Assembly: GCA_048938385.1 (NCBI GenBank)
Contig: JBHLMG010000013.1
Coordinates: 1-64,000 of the forward strand
DNA: 64,000 nucleotides
From: Promethearchaeota archaeon
GTDB lineage: Archaea > Asgardarchaeota > Hermodarchaeia > Hermodarchaeales > Hermodarchaeaceae
Direction: 5' to 3'
The position numbers were made by a program, and so were the translations under genes. Of the stretch, positions 29,579 through 39,915 are shown piece after piece; position 1 is the first letter of the stretch; every line of letters starts with the position of its first letter. Under the pieces are notes generated by a model. It did no database searches. It was not told the DNA's origin and saw only the letters and a program-made list of their open reading frames with translations.

Positions 29579-31279
29579 GTGAGGTCTTCAATGCCTCAAG
29601 TTACAGGTGGAAATGCAGTAGCGGAAGTGCTTAAAACGGAAGGAATCACCCATGTCTTCTCCTTACCTGGTGGTGAAATCCTTCCTATCTACGATGCTTT
29701 AGTCGCTGAAGGCATTAAAATAATCACAACCCGTCATGAACAAGCCGCAGGTAATGCCGCTGACGGTTGGGCCCGGGTCACACGAACACCAGGCGTGTGT
29801 CTCGTTCCTATGGGGCCCGGTATCGTCAATGCAATACCTGCTTTTGCCCAGGCATACCAGATGGGTAGCCCGGTCGTTGCCATCACTTCGAGTATTTCAC
29901 ACAAACTTACGGATATGGATGCGTTCGAAGACCTTGACCTAAATGCCTTAGTTTCTCCAGTGACCAAATGGACGCGCCAGTGCGTTTTTCCTCACAGAAT
30001 TGGAGAATATCTGCAAAAGGCATTCAGTGCTGCGTTATCCGGACGCATGGCTCCCGTCCTTTTAGACATTCCAAAGGATATCATCGCAACACCCGTTGAC
30101 GCGGATGCAATTACCGCATTAGTTCCTTCACAATACCGTCCACTGGGTCGAATCTACGGCGATCCGGTACAAGTGAAACGAGCGGTAGAATTGCTAGCCC
30201 AAGCAGAGCGCCCCGTGGTGATCGCAGGAAGCGGTGTATACTGGTCTCGGGCTTGTCAAGCCCTCATCGAGCTTGCAGAATTTCTTTCAATTCCTGTCGC
30301 TGCTGAATACTTGGCAGTCGGATGTTTCCCACAGCAACACCCTCTTTCGATTGGCAATGCCATTGGTAACGCTTTCACCCGACAAGCCGATGTAATAATG
30401 GTGGTAGGAGCCCGCCTTGATGAATTCTTAGGGTTTGGTCGGGATCCAGGTTTCTATGCAGAGGATGCCAAATTCATCCATGTAGATATCATGTCTGATC
30501 CTATAGGAAAGAATCGAGCTGTGGATGTAGGTCTCATCGGCGATGCTCAAGCCGTGGTCTCCCAAATGCTGGAAACGGCGAAAACTCTCACCAAAAAACG
30601 CGTAACAGGCAATTTTGCTAAGCAATCTCGTGCAGCTTGGGAGCAACTCATGGGATTTTTGGAAAAGGACACGGAGTCTGATGAGGTGCCCATTAAACCT
30701 CAACGGTTAATGAAGGAAATCCGCGAATTTGCCACCCCAGATAGTCTATTTGTGTTAGACGGTGGAGATACAACGGCGTGGGCGTATTTATACCTTCGAG
30801 CTAACTATCCGGGTCAGATTATCGGATCACAGGGACCCCTAGGGCATCTTGGTGCTGGATTACCCATTTCTCTTGCAGCAAAACTAGCTCGCCCAGAAAA
30901 ACCCGTGTATCTCATCTCTGGTGACGGCAGTTTCTTCTTCAATCTCAGTGAACTGGATACCGCCGTCCGACATGAAATACCAGTCGTCGTTGTCGTAAAC
31001 AACGACTGTGCCTGGGGGCTGGTCTACCATACGCGACTCTTGAAAACACGCTCTGAAGAACGGGCGTCTTGTGGTACCTTGCTCAGTGAACACGCCCGGT
31101 TAGATAAAATCGCTCAAGGGCTAGGAGCCCAAGGCGAATTAGTTACCAGTCCCGCGGAAATCCAACCAGCCTTGAAACGAGCCCTCGATTCGGGGGCGCC
31201 TTATGTCCTCGATGTTCGTGTATCTCGCAAATACATTACGATGCTTTCACAAATATTCACAACCAAACGCGATTATTAG
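29579..31279 (+). CDS. Thiamine-diphosphate enzyme (acetolactate synthase-like / 2-hydroxyacyl-CoA lyase-like)
   Basis: RHEQAA, GPG, GDGS...NN ThDP motif. Confidence 0.9.
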   Translation: MRSSMPQVTGGNAVAEVLKTEGITHVFSLPGGEILPIYDALVAEGIKIITTRHEQAAGNAADGWARVTRTPGVCLVPMGPGIVNAIPAFAQAYQMGSPVVAITSSISHKLTDMDAFEDLDLNALVSPVTKWTRQCVFPHRIGEYLQKAFSAALSGRMAPVLLDIPKDIIATPVDADAITALVPSQYRPLGRIYGDPVQVKRAVELLAQAERPVVIAGSGVYWSRACQALIELAEFLSIPVAAEYLAVGCFPQQHPLSIGNAIGNAFTRQADVIMVVGARLDEFLGFGRDPGFYAEDAKFIHVDIMSDPIGKNRAVDVGLIGDAQAVVSQMLETAKTLTKKRVTGNFAKQSRAAWEQLMGFLEKDTESDEVPIKPQRLMKEIREFATPDSLFVLDGGDTTAWAYLYLRANYPGQIIGSQGPLGHLGAGLPISLAAKLARPEKPVYLISGDGSFFFNLSELDTAVRHEIPVVVVVNNDCAWGLVYHTRLLKTRSEERASCGTLLSEHARLDKIAQGLGAQGELVTSPAEIQPALKRALDSGAPYVLDVRVSRKYITMLSQIFTTKRDY

Positions 31280-31281
31280 AG

Positions 31282-32235
31282 TCATCGGTTTGGAGCTAAT
31301 CCTATCTTCTGCATTAACTCAAGAAGCTCTTTAGCGCGTTTCTCACGAAGTGCTTCAGGAGTCTGGTTGGGGTATTCGTAAATACCCCGTCCAGTCTTCA
31401 CACCAAGATTTCCCCTCATGACAGTATCCTCAAGCCACTTCGGTAAAGTAAACCGGTCATCATTGAGCGACCAGGCGAGATATTTTGCCGCAAGGACAAT
31501 CACATCTAGACCAATATAATCGAGATTACCGAAGGGACCGTATTGGAGGAAAATCAGTCCCAAGTGCTCTTTCCATGCTCTGTCAATTTCTACATGTGTT
31601 GCTGCTCCTTCCTCAATGAGTTTCGCCGCTTCAGCGAGCACTGCCCCCGCCAACCGATTTACGATGAAACCTGGAGTATCATTGCAAATGATCGTGCGTT
31701 TTCCACACTTTTTCTCCAAGAACTCGGTCATTTGGCGAATCACCGATTCAGAGGTTTTTGGTCCACGAATGACTTCAACTAATGGTAGAACGAAGGGTGG
31801 GTTCATCCAGTGGGTTCCTACAAGCCGCTCTGGCGAGTGGACCGCCTCTGCGATATCGGCCACACGAATGACGGAGGTTGTCGTAGCAAAAATTGCCTTT
31901 GCGGGGCAGGAGGTTTCTGCTTTGGCAAAGACCTCGCGTTTAAGGTCTAACCGTTCCGGGACGGCTTCCAGAATTAAATCCACATTTGCTACTGCTCGTT
32001 CCAAATCAGGTTCCGGAGTAATTTGCGTCAGGGTGGTGGCGATGGTCTCCTGCCGAATCAGCTGATATTGTGCTAGGAACTGAAGATTCGCAGCAATCCG
32101 CTCTGTAGTTTTATTCAAAGTTTCTTCGTCGATATCATACAATTGGACGCGGCATCCTGCTTGGGCGAAGACCTGAGCGACACCATGTCCCATAGCCCCT
32201 GCCCCAAGAACTGCAATTTCAGTAATTTCAGGCAT
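31282..32235 (-). CDS. 3-hydroxyacyl-CoA dehydrogenase family protein
   Basis: GAGAMG, EAVPE, HWMNP, PGFIVNR, GVKTGRG. Confidence 0.93.
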   Translation of the reverse strand: MPEITEIAVLGAGAMGHGVAQVFAQAGCRVQLYDIDEETLNKTTERIAANLQFLAQYQLIRQETIATTLTQITPEPDLERAVANVDLILEAVPERLDLKREVFAKAETSCPAKAIFATTTSVIRVADIAEAVHSPERLVGTHWMNPPFVLPLVEVIRGPKTSESVIRQMTEFLEKKCGKRTIICNDTPGFIVNRLAGAVLAEAAKLIEEGAATHVEIDRAWKEHLGLIFLQYGPFGNLDYIGLDVIVLAAKYLAWSLNDDRFTLPKWLEDTVMRGNLGVKTGRGIYEYPNQTPEALREKRAKELLELMQKIGLAPNR

Positions 32236-32249
32236 ACAAAAATTCTCCT

Positions 32250-33254
32250 TTAGAAACTCGAGAAAATCTCCTTTCGGGCTTGGACATACCCGATGAAATG
32301 TTTTACAATTTCAGAAACCGAATCATACTGCAGCTGCCAACCGAGTTGCTCGATCTCTCGAAATAGCGTTTCCTGTTTTTGCTGAACTAAAAGCGTGGTG
32401 AGAAACGACCAAGTCTGAGCGACCCGCACAGCATCGGGGTCCAAAATAAACTCCACCCTAGCTTTGGGAATATGAGTTTTTATCTCCGCGATGAGATCCT
32501 GAATCGGTATGGGAACACCCCCCGCAATGAAAACGCGCTGAGTGAGTTTCGGAGCCCTCCATAACGCTATCAGGAAATTAACTGCATCTGCTACATAGAT
32601 AATTGGTAGAATAGAGGTTTCGGGGATATCGATAATTCCGGATTTGCCCAAAGCTAGGTTTTCAATAAAGCTTGAATAAGTGACCGTTGCACCAGCTCCA
32701 CGCCGTCCGGGCCCAATCGCTACTGCAAATCGGACTCCTCGAAAATCCAAACCATGGCGCAAGTGATAATAAGTTCCTAGCATCTCTCCGAAGGCCTTAC
32801 TGACTCCATAGAAACTACCAGGATCACGATAACTCGTCTCATGAAAAGGAAACGGGGTGCCAGCACCAAAAACTGCGAGGCTGCTTAAGAACACTAAACG
32901 TTGGACTTGCATAATACGAGAAGCTTCCACTACATTATAGGTGCCAGCGATATTACATGCGTACGCTGCACCAGGATTGCGTTCTGATTCTACAGAAAGT
33001 CGTGCGGCTGTATGAAAGACATGTTTGATGTGGTAATCCTTCAATGCACGCACAACATCACTCCAACTTGTCACATCGCCTTCAACAAGAGTTACTTTGT
33101 TCACGATTTCATCGATCCTCGCTAGGTTCGGCTTCGATTCAAACAACACAACCTGATACCCGTCATCGATCAAGTGCTTGGCAAGGTGTGACCCAATAAA
33201 ACCGGTACCACCAGTAATTAACACGGGGTCGTCTTTGGGAATATTTTGTGACAT
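32250..33254 (-). CDS. NAD-dependent epimerase/dehydratase (threonine-dehydrogenase-like SDR)
   Basis: TGGTGFIG, YGVSK, GLDFRGVRF. Confidence 0.88.
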   Translation of the reverse strand: MSQNIPKDDPVLITGGTGFIGSHLAKHLIDDGYQVVLFESKPNLARIDEIVNKVTLVEGDVTSWSDVVRALKDYHIKHVFHTAARLSVESERNPGAAYACNIAGTYNVVEASRIMQVQRLVFLSSLAVFGAGTPFPFHETSYRDPGSFYGVSKAFGEMLGTYYHLRHGLDFRGVRFAVAIGPGRRGAGATVTYSSFIENLALGKSGIIDIPETSILPIIYVADAVNFLIALWRAPKLTQRVFIAGGVPIPIQDLIAEIKTHIPKARVEFILDPDAVRVAQTWSFLTTLLVQQKQETLFREIEQLGWQLQYDSVSEIVKHFIGYVQARKEIFSSF

Positions 33255-33401
33255 ACAGTGACAACCTCGCCCTCTCTCATCCAGTCAACGATAAATACAT
33301 TGCTCAAGGTGATTAGCTCTATTGAAGCGGGTTTTTAAAAAACTGCTAAAATTTATTTACCGCCGAAAGAAGCAGACTCTGCGAGGAGGTCCTAAGGGTT
33401 A

Positions 33402-34142
33402 GTGTCCAATGAAAACCAGCACATAAAATGTGAATTGGAAGCGATCAACACATTACTTGGCGGGGGATTGAGACGAGGAACTACATGCCTCCTCGAAGAG
33501 TTCAAAGGGGAAAAACGAGGTGTTACAGGGCTTTTGGGCACCTCGTTTCTTCACATCGGACTTCAAGAAGGTGAAGGTGCAATATTCCTTCTTTCAGAAC
33601 ACACTGTGCAAGAATATTTGCTGCTCCCTCCAGTGAAGCGACTCATGGACGAATCGAAATCTCACCAGTGGTTGTTCATGGACGGACTTTCCTCCCTCTC
33701 TTACCGTGAACCCTCTAAACCACCTGAAGAAAATGTGATTCGGTGTTCCAATATCCGATATTCTGCTAAATTTTATGAAGAGTTCCGTCGAGTTGTCAAA
33801 CGATTTAAGCTTGCTCGAGTATTTGTTGATTCGCTCAGTGTTCTCTTACATGCTATGGAATCGGATCGTGCTGCCTGGCAATTCTGGCTAGCGCTTCTTC
33901 CTTTAATACACCGTCGGAAATTAACGGTGATTGGCGCGTTTTATCCTGAAATGCACACTTCACAATTCACTGAAAGCATTGAACGACTAAGTAACAGTAT
34001 CATACGCTTTTCTGCATCCACTCCTCAAATAGGTGAAAACCCAGTTCGCCAAATCCAAATCGCAAAAAATCGTGGTCGTATCTTCAGTGAAAAGATACAT
34101 GTCTACGAACGAAAGGGATTTGAATACTACATCAAGGACTAA
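33402..34142 (+). CDS. RecA/KaiC (RAD55)-fold protein lacking Walker A; paralogue of 27396..28139
   Basis: LLGGGLRRGTTCLLEE, FVDSLS and KNRG present; no GKT/S. Confidence 0.8.
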   Translation: MSNENQHIKCELEAINTLLGGGLRRGTTCLLEEFKGEKRGVTGLLGTSFLHIGLQEGEGAIFLLSEHTVQEYLLLPPVKRLMDESKSHQWLFMDGLSSLSYREPSKPPEENVIRCSNIRYSAKFYEEFRRVVKRFKLARVFVDSLSVLLHAMESDRAAWQFWLALLPLIHRRKLTVIGAFYPEMHTSQFTESIERLSNSIIRFSASTPQIGENPVRQIQIAKNRGRIFSEKIHVYERKGFEYYIKD

Positions 34143-34188
34143 CACGGTTCCTCCTCTCCTTCATCTAGCAACTCACAGAGGACACAGT

Positions 34189-35004
34189 ATGTCTCCAATC
34201 CCCACAGCCTTTGACTTACATGTCCACACAGAATACAGTCCTGATGCCCTTACTTCCCTCGAAGACTACGCCCAAGTTGCCGATCAGTTAGCAATCCATG
34301 TAGGGTTTTGTGATCACTTCGAGCTCGCGTTTCTTGAACGCCAGGATTATCTTAATCAAGACAAACTGGTCAACCTCTTTGAGGATTATGACAAAGTGCA
34401 CTCCAATTACCCTCACACTTCTCTAAGCTTAGAAATTGATTACTACTCGAACTTAGCCTCGGAAGTTGCCGAATTTTGCGACTCTTACCGGGATACCCTC
34501 GACTACCTCATTGGTGTGGTTCATACCGTTGACCGACTTGCTGTCACCGACCAAAAAGAAATGGATATGCTAGTTTCACGACACAATCTCGCCTTCATTC
34601 TCGAAGAATACTTCAGGGAGGTAGAAGCTGCGATTTCTTCACAGCTTTTTGATGGAATCGCCCATATCGACGGAGTCATGCGTTACCTTCCACTGTATTC
34701 AGACAGTTCCGAATTCGAACTCTACTGGCAACAACAGACACAGTTACTTGGACGGTTATGCCAAAAATACGATGTGAAAGTGGAAGTGAATCTTAGGGGG
34801 TTACATCACCCATGGAATCGCACACACCCTTCTGAACATTTTATCGAAGAGTTTTCTAAAATGGGTGTAAAGTTCTATGTTGGCTCTGATAGTCATAGTC
34901 TACAGGCTTTTCGAGCATCAGCACCACTTCTACGGCGTATGCAAGCCTTTCTCCAAGACCGAGAGTGTTTTCAACTCCCACAATTTCGCCGAAGATCAAG
35001 CTAG
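34189..35004 (+). CDS. PHP-family phosphatase (histidinol-phosphatase HisK-like)
   Basis: DLHVH, CDH, AHID, GSDSH; ATG 34189 avoids overlap with the upstream gene. Confidence 0.85.
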   Translation: MSPIPTAFDLHVHTEYSPDALTSLEDYAQVADQLAIHVGFCDHFELAFLERQDYLNQDKLVNLFEDYDKVHSNYPHTSLSLEIDYYSNLASEVAEFCDSYRDTLDYLIGVVHTVDRLAVTDQKEMDMLVSRHNLAFILEEYFREVEAAISSQLFDGIAHIDGVMRYLPLYSDSSEFELYWQQQTQLLGRLCQKYDVKVEVNLRGLHHPWNRTHPSEHFIEEFSKMGVKFYVGSDSHSLQAFRASAPLLRRMQAFLQDRECFQLPQFRRRSS

Positions 35005-35621
35005 ACTCGGGTAAAAAATTCCAACACGAGAATCGCGATCGCCGTACCTACACCCGCTCCAAGCGTTTGCAGTCCATAAAACCACTGATTCTGCTCGGAA
35101 ACTCGACCAAGGAATACTCCTAATAGAAAGAGAAGGGCGAAGCCCGTAATCGATGAAATCAATATCGCATGAATCCACAGTAGGGGAAACCCCACGGCCA
35201 TAATAATGAAGGGTACCAACAGAAGAAGACCTGCAAGAAAAGGCGCAAACCCATCCACGAAGGCTGATACAAAAATTGCAAAGCGATTTGCTCGTTTAAC
35301 TACAGTATCTTCTAGATCACGAAGCATAGCTCTCTCCAATTCACCGAATTCCTTTTCACGTTCAGCCTTTTCAGCTAGATAGGTTCCTGCTAACCCAGAA
35401 AACATCATAGCAAAACAGGCACCAATCCCTGCAATGAAAATGGCTCTGGGATCGAAGTGCTGTGCAAAATGCGAGGCGAGAATGATCCCTAATATTGTAA
35501 GCGTTCCATCAAACGCATTCATAGCGAAATAACGCCGAGCAATGGGCCCCAAGCGTGAAATGCGCGCAAGCTGCCCCATTTCGTCAATACTTGTCATCTT
35601 AAAAACGACTTCCAACATCAC
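35001..35621 (-). CDS. VIT1/CCC1-family metal transporter
   Basis: NAFDG, MFSG...YLAEKAE...ELERAML. Confidence 0.85.
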   Translation of the reverse strand: MMLEVVFKMTSIDEMGQLARISRLGPIARRYFAMNAFDGTLTILGIILASHFAQHFDPRAIFIAGIGACFAMMFSGLAGTYLAEKAEREKEFGELERAMLRDLEDTVVKRANRFAIFVSAFVDGFAPFLAGLLLLVPFIIMAVGFPLLWIHAILISSITGFALLFLLGVFLGRVSEQNQWFYGLQTLGAGVGTAIAILVLEFFTRV

Positions 35622-35756
35622 ATCAATGATGCATCACTCGGAAAAGCCTTACGAACCTATTCAAAAATACTGTGCATCGATAAGACACAACCACTTCGAT
35701 AGACTTTTCTTGGTGGTCTGAAAAGGAAGACTCAATAAATACTTGGGGCAGGTACC

Positions 35757-37085
35757 ATGGAATCAAAAAGTGATAAGATCTTGTTTGGTAAAGGCGAACT
35801 TGAAGGGCACCGGTTTCATCTGAGGAAAGATAAGAAAGGAGGCACCATCGTGGTTGATGCCTCACGCCTGCTCTTCCTTAACGAAACTGGCTATGACTAC
35901 GCCATCGCAGCTGTTCAAGGCGTATCTAATGCAGAAATCATCAAAGTGATTCAGAAGAAATACCGCGGGGCTCAACCTGAAACTATACGCAGGCATTATA
36001 ACGAACTGAAAGACAAAATCCTCTCCTTCATCGCTCAACCGGATGTCTCCCCAATCGAAACCTTCGATTTCGGTGAAGTGGAACCCTTCTCACACGAGCC
36101 TTCAGCACCTTATCGTATCGACCTTGCCCTGACATATCGCTGTAATAACGCATGTTCACATTGCTATGTACCTGCTGAACGCAGGAATTGGGATGCTACT
36201 CACGAAATGGATACCGACAAATGGAAGCAAATACTCGATTCCCTCCTCCAACAAGCTATCCCTCATGTTACCTTCACTGGTGGCGAACCGACGCTTCGGG
36301 AGGATCTTGTCGAACTCATTCAATACAGCGAAGAGATTGGTATCATTGCAGGTCTCGTCACAAATGGACGCCGGCTAACTCAACAATTAGTGGACGATCT
36401 CGTGAATGCTGGCATAGACTATGTTCAAATTACATTGGAATCGCATTTACCCGAAATTCATGATGCTATGGTGGGAGTGAAAGGCGCCTGGCAAGAAACT
36501 ATTGCCGGGCTAAAACGCTTTATCGATACCGATATCTACACTATCACCAACACCACGCTGACACAGCTAAACCGTCCCACAATCACCGATACGGTCGCGT
36601 TCCTAGCGAAACTTGGTCAGAAACCTTTTGCAATGAACGGGCTCATCTACTCAGGAAGCGGTCGCGAAGTCGCTGACAAACAGGCAATTCCCGAAGAAGA
36701 GCTGGATGAAATCATCACCGACATCCTCGCAGAAGCCGCTGAACATGACATGCGACTTATCTGGTATTCACCAACCATGTACTGCCACTTCGATCCTACC
36801 CAGTATGGGCTCGGCCCACGCCGTTGTAGCGCCGCATACTCTAGCCTTGCGATAGAGCCAAACGGCGATGTCTTGCCCTGCCAAAGCTACTTTGAACCTC
36901 TGGGTAACATCCTCAAAGACACCTGGAAAACCATCTGGAATCACCCCACCGCTCAAGCGCTCCGTGGGCATACCAAACTTGCAGATGAATGCCTATCGTG
37001 CGAACTTCTCACAACCTGCGGAGGAGGTTGTCCACTGTTCACCCAATACAAAGAAGTCTGCTGCCACCACAATATCAGCGGATAA
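35757..37085 (+). CDS. Radical SAM/SPASM protein with N-terminal PqqD-like (RRE) domain
   Basis: LNETG RRE-like segment, CNNACSHC, GGEP, SPASM cysteines C..GDVLPC..CLSC..CGGGC. Confidence 0.9.
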   Translation: MESKSDKILFGKGELEGHRFHLRKDKKGGTIVVDASRLLFLNETGYDYAIAAVQGVSNAEIIKVIQKKYRGAQPETIRRHYNELKDKILSFIAQPDVSPIETFDFGEVEPFSHEPSAPYRIDLALTYRCNNACSHCYVPAERRNWDATHEMDTDKWKQILDSLLQQAIPHVTFTGGEPTLREDLVELIQYSEEIGIIAGLVTNGRRLTQQLVDDLVNAGIDYVQITLESHLPEIHDAMVGVKGAWQETIAGLKRFIDTDIYTITNTTLTQLNRPTITDTVAFLAKLGQKPFAMNGLIYSGSGREVADKQAIPEEELDEIITDILAEAAEHDMRLIWYSPTMYCHFDPTQYGLGPRRCSAAYSSLAIEPNGDVLPCQSYFEPLGNILKDTWKTIWNHPTAQALRGHTKLADECLSCELLTTCGGGCPLFTQYKEVCCHHNISG

Positions 37086-37142
37086 CCCCTCTGAACAACC
37101 GAATGAGGTTTCCTGCACCAAAAGCCGTGAGAGGCGAATGCA

Positions 37143-37847
37143 GTGCAACCCTACACCCCTCAGTTTCTCTTTACCCAAGCTCACCGCACAGCTCCCACTC
37201 GTCAATACCTTTACAGTCTAGCAGACTGGAGTAAAGCGCCAGTTAGTGTTGACTTGGGCTGCGGCACGGGTGTTATTACACCTGAATTGACATCCACGGA
37301 TCCTCATGCCCACGCAATAGGCATCGACTTCGATTCTGAGCTAACTAGTCAAGCACAAGCCAACAACCGAACCAATCCTACGCTTCACCTCATCCTCAGC
37401 GACGCTACTGCACTTCCGTTACGTGCAGCCGTTGTTTCCTTCGTATTAAGCCATTTCACCTTAATGTGGATAAAGGATTACAAGAGTGCGTTAGCTGAAA
37501 TTTCCCGAGTTCTCCGGACTCGAGCCATGTTCGCAGCTATCGAACCAGATTATGCGGGAAGAATCGAGTGGTCTCCCGATACAAAACAAAATCACTGCTA
37601 CCCCATAATAAAATGGCTCCGAATGAAACACGCAAATCCCTTCATAGGTAGTCAACTTTCACAATTACTTCACAGCGAAGGATTCACAGACATTACATTT
37701 GGAGTGCTAGCTTGGGAATATCACGCCGCTGCTGCTAAAGCCGAAATTCAGGATGAAGCTGCACTTCTTAGAGCAGAGGGTATCCAATGGAAACCTCCTC
37801 TGGTTTCTTATACGCCAATTTTTTGGACTAAAGCACTAAAATCATAA
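37143..37847 (+). CDS. Class I SAM-dependent methyltransferase
   Basis: DLGCGTG, GID, DATALP, EPDY. Confidence 0.88.
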   Translation: MQPYTPQFLFTQAHRTAPTRQYLYSLADWSKAPVSVDLGCGTGVITPELTSTDPHAHAIGIDFDSELTSQAQANNRTNPTLHLILSDATALPLRAAVVSFVLSHFTLMWIKDYKSALAEISRVLRTRAMFAAIEPDYAGRIEWSPDTKQNHCYPIIKWLRMKHANPFIGSQLSQLLHSEGFTDITFGVLAWEYHAAAAKAEIQDEAALLRAEGIQWKPPLVSYTPIFWTKALKS

Positions 37848-37876
37848 CTCGTTTTATTCATGGCTACTAGTAGGTG

Positions 37877-37919
37877 AAAAAAAGAAAGGGTGAGGGGAGT
37901 AAATACGGAGAACTCCCCT
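37877..37919 (-). terminator. Putative terminator of the 37927..38361 gene
   Basis: 8-bp stem AGGGGAGT/ACTCCCCT followed by a T-rich run on the minus strand. Confidence 0.55.
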
Positions 37920-37926
37920 TTGTTGA

Positions 37927-38361
37927 TTAAGGTCCGGGTAGAAACAGTAGAGGGATAAGCACGATTGCTGCGACAACGATTAGGATCGCCGAGATGATGC
38001 CCATGATGATCATGAAGATAAAGGCAATAATTCCGACGATTATCGCTCCACCCCAGCTGACATCGAAGAAGCGTTTGAAGAGAGGTAGGTAGACGATCAA
38101 AGTAATGAAGCTTGAGATTACAAAGCTGAGGATGTCTGCGTAAGGAACAGATGGGAAGTACATCGTAAAGACAAAGCTGAAGATTGCCTGAAGTACACTG
38201 TTGATAATGGCACCAAGAAGGGCAACTAACAGGGCCTCACCGAAGGTCGTGTTAACCCCTGAGACCAGTCGTCCGGCAATGAAGAAGGCGATCGCTAATC
38301 CTAACCATAGGATAATTATCGCGATAATCACTGTGACTGCAAGGTAGAGTAAAATACCCAT
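37927..38361 (-). CDS. Membrane protein
   Basis: 4 TM segments. Confidence 0.75.
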   Translation of the reverse strand: MGILLYLAVTVIIAIIILWLGLAIAFFIAGRLVSGVNTTFGEALLVALLGAIINSVLQAIFSFVFTMYFPSVPYADILSFVISSFITLIVYLPLFKRFFDVSWGGAIIVGIIAFIFMIIMGIISAILIVVAAIVLIPLLFLPGP

Positions 38362-38577
38362 TTTTGTTACACCTTAAGTTAGGAGTAATTGCGCCTCCTA
38401 TTCATGAATACTGTTCTAAATAGATTGCTCCTGTCGATAGATTCTCGCTCAACGATAATCCCTGTGAACCCGAAAGGGTACCAAAGGGCGTCTCGTTGAG
38501 TTCACTTATCGAATTGCCTGAGTTAGGTTTAAAGGGGGTATCTTGGTCAGTGACCCTAAGAGCGGAGCGAAGGTTCT

Positions 38578-39915
38578 ATGCCGCATTTTCTTGATCTATT
38601 CCTCGACGAACTACACCAGAAACATGAAGCGCTACGCCGGCGCTTATCCGGTGAGGAATCCTCCGAACTGGATAGTATGCTAAAAACTGCGTTTCAGAAA
38701 GAATGGCATGAGTTACCCTTACCCAAGAAGCATGACTTCCGTGTTATAGCTGTTGATAGTGGACGAGCAACACGGGAATATGCTCCAGGTACCTTCATGT
38801 ATATCTGCCGCGCCAGTGCCTATACTTCCTGGGGATCTCCTCATCGCAAGGTGACTTCTAACGCCCATATTATCGCATCTACTCGAGAGCAGTTAAAAGA
38901 TCTCGTCAGCTTACGATCCGAACATATTGAGCATCAAGTGGCTCTAGAAGCAATACGCGAGACAAGTGATGTAGATTTAGTCTTAATTGATGGATCACTG
39001 TATGGACGAATCACACATGTCCCAATCTCCTTCAATTATCCTGGGGAACGAGCTCTCTATCTCCAGTATATGCAGACATTCATCCAACTCATCGAGGAGT
39101 GCCGGAAACGGAAAATTCTGCTTCTTGGCATCAGCAAAGACTCGGTTGCTCGACATCTCACTCGATTACTCCTTGAGAGTGTAAAAACCAAAGTCCTCAA
39201 GGACTTTGAACAAGTTCTCTCATCGGAGGATTTTGATCAGTTACTCCAATATATGGACACTGAACAGAAACAGACTATCGCAGGAATCCGGTTCCAACGC
39301 GAAGTCGGGTTGTCTGGAGGACAACGCGAACTCCTTGGAGATTTACTCTACGAGCTTCGACGTCCACGCCCTGATTTTCATTTAATTAATGCCTGGGCTA
39401 AAACGACTGGCTTTTCCACACCTATTGAGCCTTACCCTGATGTTCCGCTCTTTAAGTATGAGTCGAAGAATCCAGCAGATTATGTTCGGCGACGATTTGT
39501 GAATGCATACAACGATTATGAACACGAGGAGGATTTCGAAAAGTGGGCTATCCCAGTGATGCAGGACACATTTCAACTCCCAACCTTTGTCACTATTTGT
39601 ACCAAGTTAGCCCATAACGACACACCCCTCCGTGTTGATGTGCCTGCTTTTAGTGTCGGTTTACCAACTCGCCTCTCGCAAGTATCCTCTTCTCGAATGC
39701 TTGACCCAACTCCTCAGAGAGTAATCGATATTCTGGAAATCCTTCGTAGTGAATACGGAGGACGCGAATTATACAATGTCTATCTAGTTCGGGCCGATCA
39801 AGAGGCGCGGTTACCCATAAAAGATGTCACTACACTTTATGAACCCTTAGTGGAAAAAGAACTGAAAATCCCCCTTGTACCTCGACGTCGCGACCGGAGG
39901 ATTAGCTATGTCTGA
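38578..39915 (+). CDS. nurA: DNA double-strand break repair nuclease NurA
   Basis: AVDSG, LIDGSL, GISKDS; first gene of the operon. Confidence 0.88.
   Translation: MPHFLDLFLDELHQKHEALRRRLSGEESSELDSMLKTAFQKEWHELPLPKKHDFRVIAVDSGRATREYAPGTFMYICRASAYTSWGSPHRKVTSNAHIIASTREQLKDLVSLRSEHIEHQVALEAIRETSDVDLVLIDGSLYGRITHVPISFNYPGERALYLQYMQTFIQLIEECRKRKILLLGISKDSVARHLTRLLLESVKTKVLKDFEQVLSSEDFDQLLQYMDTEQKQTIAGIRFQREVGLSGGQRELLGDLLYELRRPRPDFHLINAWAKTTGFSTPIEPYPDVPLFKYESKNPADYVRRRFVNAYNDYEHEEDFEKWAIPVMQDTFQLPTFVTICTKLAHNDTPLRVDVPAFSVGLPTRLSQVSSSRMLDPTPQRVIDILEILRSEYGGRELYNVYLVRADQEARLPIKDVTTLYEPLVEKELKIPLVPRRRDRRISYV

Noticed and set aside
27396-34142. Circadian KaiC clock
   Set aside because: Single-domain proteins without Walker A, and no kaiA or kaiB
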